Shown here piece by piece: positions 25,291-38,111 of a stretch of DNA of 64,000 nucleotides. The notes below the pieces were generated by a model. It saw nothing but the letters and a program-made list of their open reading frames with translations. It made no database searches and was not told the DNA's origin. A program made the position numbers and the translations under genes. The stretch's first letter is position 1. Each line of letters opens with the position of its first letter. Where the stretch lies: assembly GCF_006345805.1 (NCBI RefSeq), contig NC_042999.1, positions 50,220,001-50,284,000 on the forward strand, read 5' to 3'. Source of the stretch: Octopus sinensis (Eukaryota).

Positions 25291-26089
25291 CTCATACGTC
25301 TACTAGAAGATAATAAAACTGATGGCATAATAGCTTCCTGCAATGTTTTTTTCATTGGTGTTATGCAACATTTCTATTTGAAGGAACAACACAAAAAACA
25401 AAAAAAAAAGCAGAAAATCCATCACATGAATATATTTGATCTGATCATGCAATATTATGCACAACAATGCAACATCTGCAAGCATACTTTGCTTCTGTCG
25501 CAACAATGCAACAACTTGGAACATGTTCAGCAACAAGCCGACATACGTAATAACATACATGCAGCAACAATGCAACACCTACGACAATAATATTACATTC
25601 CCAGTGCAGAATGCTATTAAATAAATGCAATAAGCTATTGACTGTTGCTAGGATGTAAAGAAGGATGGCTATCTGGTTAATAATTTTGGTTTGCACATGT
25701 GAATGGATGAGGGTTCAGTCTCACTGCTTGACGCTTCGGGGGGGGGGGGGGGGGGGAGCAAGTGTCAAGCAGTGAAAGCCTCAGGTTGACCAATATTTTG
25801 TGAGTTGAAAATGAGTGACGGAAATTGTAGCAGAAGTCCATTATCCATGCATGTGTCTGTGTATTACATATATTCCATATATATATATATTACATATAAT
25901 ACACCCACACAACGTGTATGCATATGAATACACACACACACACACACACACATACAGAGTATTTGAGTGTGTATATTACATATTATTTTATTCTCTTACT
26001 TGTTTCAGTCACTTGACTGCAGCCATACTGGAGCACTGCCTTTAGTCAAGCAAATCGACTCCAGCATTTCTCTCATAGTAACTACTGCA

Positions 26090-26499
26090 GCGAGCTGGCA
26101 GAATCATTAGTATACCGAGCGAAATGTTTAGCGGTATTCCATCTGCCGTTATGTTCTGAGTTCAAATTCCGCCGAGGTCGACTTTGCCTTTCATCCTTTC
26201 GGGGTCAATAAATTATGTACCAGTTATGCAATGGGGTCGATGTAATTGACTTAATCCCTTTGTCTGTCCTTGTTTGTCCTCTCTGTGTTTAGCCCCTTGT
26301 GGGTAGTAAAGAAATAGGTATTCCGTCTGCCGTTATGTTCTGAGTTCAAATTCCGCCGAGGTCGACTTTGCCTTTCATCCTTTCGGGATCCATAAATTAA
26401 GTACCAGTTATGCACTGAGTTGATGTAATTGACTTAATCCCTTTGTCTGTCCTTGTTTGTCCCCTCTATGTTTAGCCCCTTGCAGGCAATAATGAAACA
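26090..26499 (+). mobile_element. SINE family B tandem dimer
   Basis: Full copy plus a second copy restarting at GTATTCCGTCTGCCG; 13-bp TSD AGTAACTACTGCA at 26077-26089 and 26500-26512. Confidence 0.92.
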
Positions 26500-27637
26500 A
26501 GTAACTACTGCAATATAGTTCTAACAGAACATCTATGTTTAAATAGGGATGAATATTACCTCACTATAAGCCCAATGTACTAATTACTAGGCTACATACC
26601 ATAGATTTCTGTCTTCCTCATTTATCATTTAATGCCTACTTTTCTGTGCTTGCATGATTCAGACACAATTTGCAGAGGCAGATTTTCTCCAGCCAGATGC
26701 CTTCCCTGTTAGCAGTCTCACCTGTTTCCAATCAAATTAATATTTCCCCATGGACTAACATGCTAATCACGGAAGACAGAGAATGGGAAACAATGCTTGT
26801 ATGACATTGATGCATATTTATAACCATCACATGATGCCAAAACAATAATAAACTTGCACTCACACATAGACATATAAACAGGTGTCTTTCAGTTTCCATT
26901 TACTAAATCTATTTATGGAGCTTTGGTCAACCTGAGGCCAAAGTAGAAGACACTTGACCAAGATGCTGCCCAGCAGGACTGAATGCAAGATCACTTGGTT
27001 AAGGAAGTAAACCATGCCTGCAATACAGCCTAGCAGATTCAGATTTATCAAGAAATCAAATGATCTGATGTCATGGAGTAATTGATATGCCTGAATAATT
27101 GTCTGTAATTGCTTCTTGATTTTCTCATAATTCTATGTTGTTCTAAGATCTAAGCCACAGGTCAGCAAATCATTTTTGAAATTGTTCCACCACAAACAGT
27201 TTTAAAATTTAAAGTCGTTTTCAGGCACTATTTTACAAGGCACCTGCCATCTTTACAAGAATAGGTTATATAAAAGCTACCGGCAGTCTATAATTTAAAA
27301 TCATAACATTACATGGAAGTTTTCTGTTTCCTTCTCAGTAATTTAAAATCTCTTGTAAAATATAATGGAAGAACACATTTATTGCTCAACTTAAGCTATA
27401 AACATAACTTTATGTTTTACTACGAGTTACTATAGCAATAAATTTTTGCTAAAAAAAATAGAAATCTGAAGTGGATAAAAAGTAATTGAAATCAAATTAA
27501 AATATATACACATACACACACACGAATTAATAAAATTTATACTATGCATGCTAAGAGTATATTATACATCAAATCCAACATTAATATTATGTTTTTCCAT
27601 TCAAACTTTGATAGCCAATACAAATATTCTCTCTTAA

Positions 27638-28039
27638 GGCGGTGAGCTGGCAGAAACATTAGCACGCTGGGCAAAAATGCTTAGCGGTATTTCGTCTGCC
27701 ACTACATCCTGAGTTCAAATTCCGCCGAGGTCGACTTTGCCTTTCTTCATTTCGGGGTCGATTAAATAAGTACCAGTTACACACTGGGGTCGATATAATC
27801 GACTTAATCCCTTTGTCTGTCCTTGTTTCTCCTCTCTGTGTTTAGCCCCTTGAATTTAGCCCCTAGGTATTTCATCTGCCATTACGTTCTGAGTTCAAAT
27901 TCCGCCGAGATCGACTTTACCTTTCATCCTTTTGGGGTCTATTTAATAGATACTAGTTAATCACTGGGGTCGATATAATCGACTTAATCCCCTTGTTTGT
28001 CCCCTCTATGTTTAGCCCCCTGTGGGCAATAAAGAAATA
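27638..28039 (+). mobile_element. SINE family B tandem dimer
   Basis: Same architecture; 21-bp TSD AATACAAATATTCTCTCTTAA at 27617-27637 and 28040-28060. Confidence 0.92.
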
Positions 28040-28384
28040 AATACAAATATTCTCTCTTAATATTCAAAATTGTGGCAAAATTGTGAAGGAGTTGGATCAT
28101 AGCTTTACTCACAATTTGTCTCAACTCTTTACATTCTGAGTTCAAATCTTGCCAAGGTTGACTTTACAATTCATCCTTCTGGGGGTCAGTAAAATAAGTA
28201 CCAGTTGAGCACTGGTATCGATGTAATCAACTTACTCCCTCCTCCCAGAACTGTTGGCCTTGTGCCAAAATTTGAAACCAATATAAATGTATTTTATTTT
28301 ATTTTTTTTTTCTTTGATCATTTTTTTTTACTTGCTTTACTCATTGGACTGCAAACTAATACCCATTGCCAAACAGCAAACACA

Positions 28385-28419
<35 letters not shown>

Positions 28420-28459
28420 GTACACACACACACACACACACACATATGTACATACACAC

Positions 28460-28640
28460 TGCCATAATAGATCGCTAGCCACTACACCTTCTTTATTTTC
28501 TCTCCTTGTTTCTTTCTGTGGAAGAGCATAGGCTCGAAACGTTGAAGACTTTTTCACTTCACGAGCATTATACTAATACAAATGTTTGTTGTTTACACCA
28601 CCTGTCTTCGTCTTTTGTTTTTTTGTGAATTCTCCCTATA
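28460..28640 (+). mobile_element. Short Penelope/retrozyme-like repeat carrying a hammerhead-like motif
   Basis: Reverse-complement homolog at 62125-62312; both copies lie inside microsatellites. Confidence 0.7.
28511..28548 (+). ncRNA. Hammerhead-like motif with variant core
   Basis: UCUUU-CUGUGGA-A-GAGC(AUAG)GCUC-GAAA-C-GUU-GAAGA. Confidence 0.6.
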
Positions 28641-29763
28641 TACATACATACATACATACATACATACATACATACTACATACATACATACAAACATGCAT
28701 ACACATGACAGACTTGCTACATTTTTCACCAACTGAATTCACACAGAAGGTATGGGCCAGCCCAGGGTTATAGGAGTCATTTTGCTCCAGGTTGTGCAGT
28801 GTGACGGAATCAAAAAACACACGGTTGAAAAGCAAACTTCTTAACTATAGAACAATGTTTGTGCCTGTGGCAAATTCCAGAGAGTGAGCCTCAATGCTGA
28901 AAAGCTTTTATTTTCAAGAAGACTGAACAATGAAGAGAACGATGGTTGCTGGGTGCATCAACAGAGACCTTTATATTAAACAATATACTGGCTAATTTTA
29001 GCAAATCTTTACATGGATATTCATAATCATTATCTGTAATTGAGTTACTGATGAAAAAAAAAAAAAAAAAAAACAAATTGAATTTTAGTTAAGAACTTTA
29101 TAAAAAAAAATATAAATGTACAAATGAAAAATATTCATCAAAAACATTTTGTATTATTTCTGCAGGTGTTTTCTAACTATCCTTGATGGTTTCCAATAGA
29201 AACAAAAAGGAAAAGACACTTGTGTTTGTTTTACTGATGAGGCAGCAAAGAATATTTCCTATTTTGATATGACAACTGGAATATTAAGTTACCTTACTCA
29301 AAAAATAAACTAAACAGTGAGAAAGCTTCTAAAGATTTACACATTATACTCAAAATAGCAGCCAAATTTACCTCCTAGAAAAGGAGTTTAAAAAGAACAC
29401 ACACTAGAAGTTGTAGTTTTCAATATACTGTGTCTGAAAACAGTTTAGATGTTCACGGCTGGAATGTTATTCAAACTAAACAGAACTATTTGATGAAGGC
29501 CTGCATGGAGCTAAACAGCTACAACAAAGTAAAGAGATCATAATTAAATATTTTTAACTCTTCACAGGAATTTCCTCCCTGTCCTTAACTTTCATACAAG
29601 TTTTGATATGCGTAGGTTTGCGAGGAACATAAACGGTGTTAATCCTCAAAAACATGGAAGTGACACAACAGTGCTTTTTGTGTTGAAATATTATTTTAAT
29701 TGAAATTAATGGTGCTGTAAGTTAATACTATATCATGAACTTCTTTCTTATCCCAAGACATGT

Positions 29764-30192
29764 TACTCTTTACTCTTTGACTTGTTTCAGTCATTTGACT
29801 GCAGCCATGCTGGAGCACTGCCTTTAGTTGAACAAATCAACCCAGGACTTATTTTTTGTAAGCCTAGTACTTATTCTATTGGGTTTTTTTGCCGAACTGC
29901 TAAGTTATGGGGATGTAAACACACCAGCATCGGTTGTCAAGCGATGTTGGGGGTACAACACAGACACAGAAACACATACACACACACATATATATATATA
30001 TATATGTGTATGCATATATACATATATACGATGAGCTTCTTTCAGTTTCCTCCTACCAAATCCACTCACAAGGCTTTGGTCGGCCCGAGGCTATAGTAGA
30101 AGACACTTGCCCAAGGTGCCATGCAGTGGGACTGAACCCAGAACCATGTGGTTGGTAAGCAAGCTACTTACCACACAGCCACTCCTATGCCT
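29764..30192 (-). mobile_element. SINE family A, full length
   Basis: Colinear with the other family A copies. Confidence 0.92.
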
Positions 30193-31869
30193 ATGGTAAA
30201 AAAAAGTTTTTCATTTTGAATTTGGGCTTTAAATTTTAAAAAAGTTCAATGGAAACATAGACTGGACCAGTGTGAAATTACCATACAAGTCAACAAGCCA
30301 GTATGGAAGCTTCTACATGACAGCTTGTTTTGCTGGAGATAGGAGCCAAGCCCCCTCACATTATTTTCTAGTATTGTAAATCAACAGGTAATGAGAAAGT
30401 CTCTACAAAGTGCCCCAGTATGACCACAGCAAAACACATAAAACATAAAAGATTAAGGAAATTGCTCAGCCTGCCAAAAACGTAACTGCCAAATTGGCTT
30501 TATTCCAATATTCAACACTTTTTAAAAAACAAAAACACATTGGATTGATACATCTTAAATATATTATGCATGAGACAAAAATGAGATTGAGCATTATCAC
30601 TAGAATGCCTCTATTTGATCAAACTTGACCTTGAGCTATATAACAATATGATAGCAGCAGCAACAGCCGTTCAAGAATTTGGACCTGGAGATCTCCATTT
30701 CCAGCGACTTCAAGGGCCACCTCCCAGTGGTGTCGGAGTCAACGAAGAGCCCTCGACTACAACAAGACGACCAAAGTTGTTTTTTTTCCCAAGGTCTGGG
30801 GTCTCCTACCCCTAAGCCCTAGACCATCACCTAATCACCCTTACCCGTCTTGTTGCTTAACAACAACAACAACAGCAGCAGCAACAACAACTAGATAAGA
30901 CAATACCTTTTAGATTCAAGAATGTAGAAAACTTATTCTCTAATCCAACATATATCCTATAAAAGAAATATTTAACCTACAATCAGAGATAACTCACTAA
31001 AAAAGTCAGTCAGTTTACTTAAATAGAGTAGATTTGAGAATAAATTGAAATGACATTAAAAAACAAAAGTATCGAATATATTTATTATAAGCACAACACC
31101 CAAATTGTTTCTATTAAAATATTTCCTATTCTGAAGATAAAATTATATCTTGTTCCAAAAGTTCTAGGCTTTAATCGTTAAGCTCCAAGCTTGTTGCAAT
31201 GTTCAATGAACTAAAAAATTGCTGTTCTATTTATGGTTGTTGCTCTTTGCAGTGCATTTCATTCTGAAATATCCTTAAACTTACTTTACCTTCTTATACA
31301 TAAAACGAGATACTATCAATAATGACTTATTTGTTGTTATTTCCATCTTGTTGCTGCTCCATTAACTCAGTCAATGGAACACACAATGCTTAACATCAAA
31401 ATTAAGTATTAGGAAGAGTTTCTTTCCTTTTTAAAGATGTTGTAATAGCTTTTATGAAATGCTTGATAGAAAAACAAATATAAAGACATATAAATAGTGT
31501 TTTTTTTTTTTAATTCACTATAAACTGGTCAAACAGCATTGAGAGATTTAAAATGACAAAGCACTACAGGACCTTAAAAATTAAAATACAATAGAATATA
31601 AGAGTAATATTGTTGTTTAGTGTTACGAAATATAACAGGAATTTTAAATTTAACAGTCAAACGTTCTCTTAAATAAGGTAAAATTTGATTTCAATATTTA
31701 GAAACCAAATGGAAAAATAAACTTAAAACTTTATTCATTCGTCAGCTTTCATCAGTGATTCAGTTGCATCGTTTTAGTTTTAAGTGTAGATATCATAACC
31801 TAGTCTTAGTGAGAGAAACAATGTCCCTCGTGAGGAAATTATAAACCATAAATCATACATTATTTGTAT

Positions 31870-32372
31870 ATCAACGATATGGCTGATGAAAAATACTTCA
31901 GTAAGTTTTCTGCATATACAATATAAATTTTTAACACTAACGTAAAAGCGGTGTTATTGTATGGGGCTGAGACATGACGAACAACAGTTAAGTCAAATAA
32001 GCAAATACAATCATTCATCAACAGATGCTTGGGTAGTATACTTAAAATTAGATGGCCTAAACACGTGATCAATATGGAGCTATGGCAAAGAACAAATGAA
32101 GTTTCGATTAGGGAGCAAATATTTAAGAAAAAGTGGAAGTGGATTGGTAGCATAATTAGAAGAGACACACCAAATGTAGTGAAAAGTGCCTTACAGTGGA
32201 ATCCGGATGGATATAGAAGGAGAAGTAGGCCTAAGAACTCATGGCGGAGATCAACACAAAAGGGATTAGAGAAAGGAGGACATTCATGGCAGAGTATAAG
32301 TATGGAAGCCAAAAATTATGCGACATGGAATTCAGCTATAAGTGACCTGCACTCTGCATTGCAGGGTTAAAG
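31870..32372 (+). mobile_element. RTE-clade LINE fragment, second family
   Basis: IFNTNVKAVLLYGAET*...FINRCLGSILKIRWP...KWKWIG...ALQWNPDGYRRRSRPKNSWRR is a typical RTE C-terminus, divergent from the 8.9-kb family. Confidence 0.9.
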
Positions 32373-32744
32373 GCATAAAGAAGAAATAATATAAATATAG
32401 TAGGGGGTCACATCTGTCATTCTGTGGGTAGGAAAATTTTAATTAACAGAGGTTATCAAAACAACTACAAGACAGAATCTCTTCAACAAGGCATTTTCTA
32501 TCCCGTAGGCAAAAGCAATAAGTTTTTACAGAAACAGAGGATATGTAGTAACACTAATCATGGATACATCAGCTGCTTTCTTAAATTGGCTTTAAAGAGC
32601 ACATCCACTCCAATCAGCACAATACATTAGACAAACAATTTTAATCAAAAGAACTTATTGTTGTTATCGCCCTTGCTTATTGTTGTTAGATTTTAAACAT
32701 CCTCAAGAGAGGGTCTTTGTCTAGCAATTGCTTTGATAAACTCA

Positions 32745-33260
32745 TCATCATCATCATCGTTTAACGTCCGTTTTCCATGTTAGCATGGGTTAGATGGTTC
32801 GACCAGGCGAGCTGGCAGAAACGTTAGCACGCCGGGCGAAATGCTCAGCAATATTTCGTCTGTCACTACGTTCTGAGTTTAAATTCCACCAAGGCTGACT
32901 GCCTTTCATCCTTTCGGGGTCGATTAAATAAGTACCAGTTATGCACTGAGGTCGATATAATCGACTTAATCCATTTGTCTGTCCTTGTTTGTCCCTTCTG
33001 TGTTTAGCCCCTTGTGGGTAGTAAAAAAAAAAGTGTTTTTACAGCTGGATGCCCTTCCTAACACCAACTCCTCTGTGAGTGTAGTGGGTGCTTTTTACAT
33101 GCCACCTGCACAGGTGTCAGAGGAGGCTGGTAAACAGCCATGATCAGTTGGTGCTTTTACGTGTCACCGACACGGACGCCAGTCAGGCAGTGCTGGCATC
33201 TGCCACGTTCAGACAGTGCTTTTTACATGCCATCGACACAGGTATCTTAACTACTCAGTT
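32745..33260 (-). mobile_element. RTE 3' UTR copy interrupted by a plus-strand SINE B (~32805-33025)
   Basis: Tail at 32745-32805, full SINE B, then the RTE UTR resumes at ~33035. Confidence 0.85.
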
Positions 33261-33439
33261 GGAGAAAATTTTTCAGCTCACTACATTACATATGTGAACC
33301 CCTAATCTAAACTCTCAAAACTGTCAAGCAGATTATCCTTTAGTTATTTCTTAAGTCATCTACTACACTTACCATATGATTAAATTAATAAACTATCAAC
33401 TCCATAGTCATGAGTTCAATACTTACTATTACCCATTTC

Positions 33440-33660
33440 TTTACTACCCACAAGGGGCTAAACACAGAGGGGACAAACAAGGACAGACAAACGGAATAAG
33501 TCGATTATATCGAACCCCAGTGCATAACTGGTACTTATTTAATCGACCCCGAAAGGATGAAAGGCAAAGTCAACCTCGGCGGAACTTGAACTCAGAACGT
33601 AGCGGCAGACAAAATATTGCTAGGCATTTTGCCCAGCGTGCTAACGACTCTGCCAGCTCG
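33440..33660 (-). mobile_element. SINE family B, full length
   Basis: Reverse complement of the family B consensus. Confidence 0.9.
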
Positions 33661-34254
33661 TAGTGTACCTGGACAAGCTACATTATATTTTGTCTAACTG
33701 GCAATAGATTCCACTCTCATTTCATAGTGATTTAGTGATTGATGCTAGGAATGATGTCTAGCTATAAGCACTACATATTGTAACAGTATGTAAACATCTA
33801 AATATGTAAAATGCATCTCAGACATATCTATCAGAAAACTGTAATAACTCACCACCATACCCAAAATACAAATAAATACATAAATAAAGCATCATTAATA
33901 AATCTTAACAAAAAGTATGTGATGAAGTAAATCATATGAATAAAAATACAAATATATTTTTCTAGATATTATTAATCATATTGAATTTATCCAAAATATA
34001 TATTTATGTTAACAGGGGAATTTGATTTCATTTAATTAAATGTTAGAAAATACACGTTTACTTACTCAAATTACAAAACCATGGTTGTTATTTAACACCA
34101 GGTCAACTTTGGTTGTACAGACATAAGATCAAAGGCATTCTAATCATAAACAGGGCCAGCACAAAAGTACACAACGCCCTGGACTAGTTGTACAAACTGC
34201 GCCATCTTCTTGTTAATACCGCTTGATGAATGGTACCAGGAGCAGTAGCTCATA

Positions 34255-34455
34255 ATATCATCATCATCATCATCATTGTTTAATGTCCGTTTTCCATGCT
34301 AGCATGGGTTGGACAGTTCGACCGAGGTCTGAGAAGGCAGGAGGCTGCTTCTGGCAGTGTTTCGACAGATTGATGCCCTTCCTAATGCTAACAACTCCGT
34401 GAGTGTAGTGGGTGTTTTTTATGTGCCACCGGCACAGGTGCCAGGGGAGGCTAGT
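34255..34455 (-). mobile_element. RTE 3' end copy
   Basis: (CAT)n tail plus GATGCCCTTCC block. Confidence 0.85.
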
Positions 34456-35564
34456 GGTGATTCAATTTTCTGATACTGGTGAGCTCAAATAACAACAGTA
34501 ACTCTTCATTGACAGATATGGATACTAAGGTTAGGATTAAAATAATATTTGTTACATTTTTTTCATTTTTTTTCATTTTTTCCTTTTTTCATGTTCTTTG
34601 AAAATCCATACTTTCAGTTAGATTAAAAAATTTAGTTTAAGTTTATCAGCATTAGTATGGCATCGAACCTACATATTTTAGAACCATAGGTAATCACTTG
34701 GTTTGCCTAGTGCATAGCACCAGCCCTTGTCATAAGATGGTCTCTTGGTGAAAAATCTAAAGTAAAATTATCTAATATATCCTCCTCTACCATTTTTATA
34801 GATGGTGAAATGTAATTGAAGAGTGGTTTGGCTGCTATTTACAGCAGATCAAGGAACTATATAAAAATTCCCTGACTGACTAGATTACAAAATTGGGATT
34901 TTTTTCTTCTTTTTTTTTTAAGTAATATCATTTTCTCATCCCATTAGCAATTTTTCTCCTATGAAAAAACAGAATCTTTCCAGCTGAGTAAACTGGCAGT
35001 TAGATTACTTATTTTTGGTTCATCAGGTTGATGAACAATCCCTGGCGACTTCCTTGTCAAAGAATTTTCATAGAACAATTATAGCTTCCATTTAATTTCT
35101 TTTGGTTATTTTAAAAATACCATCAGGCACCATCCTGAGAGCTAGACACAGATAACATCGCCAAATCCAGAACAAATACCACAAGGTATTTTGTCCAATG
35201 TCCTAACAATTCTACCAATGTTTTACTTCAGACATGTATTTTATCAAACCTCTGAAAGATGAAAGGTGATCATTCCAGAATATGGAAAATCAAAACAAAT
35301 AGTTCAAGGCGTTTTTTATCTAATGCTCTAACAATTCTGTTCATTTGCCAACTTTGTGGTGAGCTTTATTGGCACTAGTTATTTAGAACCCATGCCAGTA
35401 TGGACAACAGACATTAAATGATGATGATGATGATGTTCATAAATTTGAAACTGTTTACATTATGTAGGGACATTTCAAGCAAAGCACTTTGCTGGAAAAA
35501 GAAAATACCAAGGTAAGCAAAATAAAGATTCAAAATTTTTAATATGCCAAGCATTTGGAATCAT

Positions 35565-35740
35565 CATCATCATCGTTTAACGTCCATTTTCCGCGCTAGC
35601 ATGGGTTGGACGGTTCGACCGGGGTCTGGGAAGCCAGGGGCTGCACCAGGCTCCAGTCTGATCTGGCAGTGTTTCTACAGCTGGATGCCCTTCCTAACGC
35701 CAACCACTCCGCGAGTGTAGTGGGTGCTTTTTACGTGCCT
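35565..35740 (-). mobile_element. RTE 3' end copy, young
   Basis: Near-identical to the reverse complement of 9850-10020. Confidence 0.9.
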
Positions 35741-36818
35741 AAAAATATTTTGTATTAGGCCAACTTGCTTATAAAGTAGCATGTGGATGTTTTGATTTTG
35801 TTTTAAGGTTGTTAAGGAAAGAAACAAAGAGCAGAGAAGTTATTAATTTGATCAAGTTGAATAAAAAAAATCACTTATTTTCGTTGAACAACTGTACTGA
35901 TTTTCTTAAGTAAACATGAGGCCACAGATTTAGGTAGCAGGAACAGTCACTTATGTTGATCCCAGTACTTGACTGGTGTATAATTTAATGAACCCAAGAG
36001 GACGAAGCACAGCAGGCTTGGCAAGATCTGAATTTGAAATGTAAAGAGCTGTAATTATAAACTACAAGGTAGTTTGTCCAATTTTCTAATGTTTATTTCA
36101 ATCCATATCCCTTGAATAACTATATTGATTTGTATAGAAAGAAAACTTTATTGGAAAAATATGATTTTAATGTAATGTTTTTAACAAATTTCTTCGAAGT
36201 GATACTTGAAACAGTTGAAAATATAATGAAAAATTGATTAAAGAGTAATTATACTTTTTCCTAATTAAAATCACTGATGCCATACATTTTAGTTTACCAA
36301 AGGATTTAAACAGTTCCTTGGGAGTATAGCACAACATATTTTGATGCAAACAGCAACTGAACATCAATATAGAACTCTAGATCACAAATTATTGAAAATG
36401 CGATAATGGTAGAGTTGCCAGAAAGGATGGTGAACCAGACAATGTATATAATTTAGCTTAGATTCAGCCAATACATTTGATTATTCTCTTCCCCAAACAA
36501 AATAGATCATGTTCCTTTGGAATAAATCGATGGTTTGCAAAACAAAAAGCAACAAATGCTGTAGTATACACACACATATATGACATAAATCCACATCAGT
36601 TCACATGTGCTCTTGATAGTGAGGATATAAAATTGTTTTCAATACATCAATGGATTGCAAATTTATGTCAACTTAAATTTCTTTGCTCTTTTCATTTTCT
36701 GATTATCTTGGTAAATTTCAACACAGCCATTTAATTTAAGTTCAAAATACCTGAATTTAAAAAATAAAATTAGCTAACTGGGGTTAGCTCTTAGAAATGA
36801 ACTCTAAAATATTAGATT

Positions 36819-37205
36819 ACTAGCAGTATCGCCCGGCATTGCTTGGGTTTGTTTTGATCCTTTAAAATTGGAATTTTTGAAAAGTAAAAATTTGGCATTA
36901 TGTAGCTTGTTATTTTCTTTAAGTCAACATTTTTCTGGTTAAAATACACCGAAAAATGGCGACACAGCAGTCAGAAAATCGTAAAAAATAGGGATTTTCA
37001 TAGAAAAAAGGCACCGTTTTGATGTAAATAATTTTTGGTCTTAACATGGTCTGATTTGAATTTTTTCTTCAATGGAAGGAAAAGCAAGCCTTCTTCTATC
37101 ATACTCTCAATGTTGGTCAACATGCGCCGCAGGGTCTCGGAGGAGTTAGTATTAGTTGAAGGCTATGAAACCTGCCATACACAAACAACTTCAGCTTTAT
37201 ATATA
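36819..37205 (+). mobile_element. Non-autonomous Helitron-like element (Lep1/HINE-type architecture)
   Basis: Starts ACTAG followed by a GC hairpin CCCGGC-ATT-GCTTGGG; ends ...GGAGGAGTTAG...ACAAACAACTTCAGCTTTATATA; no TIR or TSD. Confidence 0.55.
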
Positions 37206-37211
37206 TATATA

Positions 37212-37361
37212 TATAAAATATTATTTGAGACAAAACCACTATTTTGCAAAACAAACAAGGAAAGACTTAATCAATACATAAAATTTAATAAATATGTATT
37301 GATTAAGTCTTTCCTTGTTTGTTTTGCAAAATAGTGGTTTTGTCTCAAATAATATTTTATA
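37212..37361. repeat. Perfect inverted repeat, 69-bp arms, 12-nt spacer
   Basis: 37212-37280 is the exact reverse complement of 37293-37361. Confidence 0.97.
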
Positions 37362-38111
37362 ATATTTTACTATAAAATTGGATTTAATCCTAAATCTGAT
37401 TTTTTTTCCCTGTAAATTTGGATATATTCCCTAATATTTATTATTATATATATATATATATATATAGATTGCACTTCTGATTTATGCATCTTTAGTAGTC
37501 TTAAGTTATTACGGTGTATTTGTATTCTGCTATAGTTTATCAATACAATATCACAACATATACTGATAATACTTTGCCTTGGTCTCTACTACATTAACTA
37601 CACTATACTGTACCCAGTTTATACTACATTATATTCACTATATATTCTGAAATACACTGCATAACCGACTACTACTAAGTAAAGTCTGCTTTCTCTGGAT
37701 TCAATTCCTGCAATAATACTTAGAATCTTATGGGAATCAAAAGTAGCATTAGTAGTATTTCTAAAAGCTTGCTTGGTCAAGATAAAATAACACTATCCAA
37801 TAATAGTCTTTCTTAATTGATTTTGTGGATATTTGCAAGACTTAATCTCATTTAGATCTTCTCTTCCATGAAATAACAAGCCTGTACTCTAATAAACGAT
37901 CATACACATCATCATACTTTTTCTCATTGAATACAGTAATGCTTAGCACTCAAGAAAAGGAAATGATATTTCAATAGACGTTATCGAATGATGTTTAAGT
38001 TTTCTAGTTTCAAGCCTCAGTTAATGCATCATGAATGAAGTCACTGTAAAGTCACGCTACTGAGTCAATGACTCAGCTCTTCACTGAAGCATTTTAAGTT
38101 TTGCTGCTTAT

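Noticed and set aside
30640-30830. GC-richer block with ORF 30615-30815
   Set aside because: No recognisable protein motif; probably a decayed LINE 3' end, but too weak to call.
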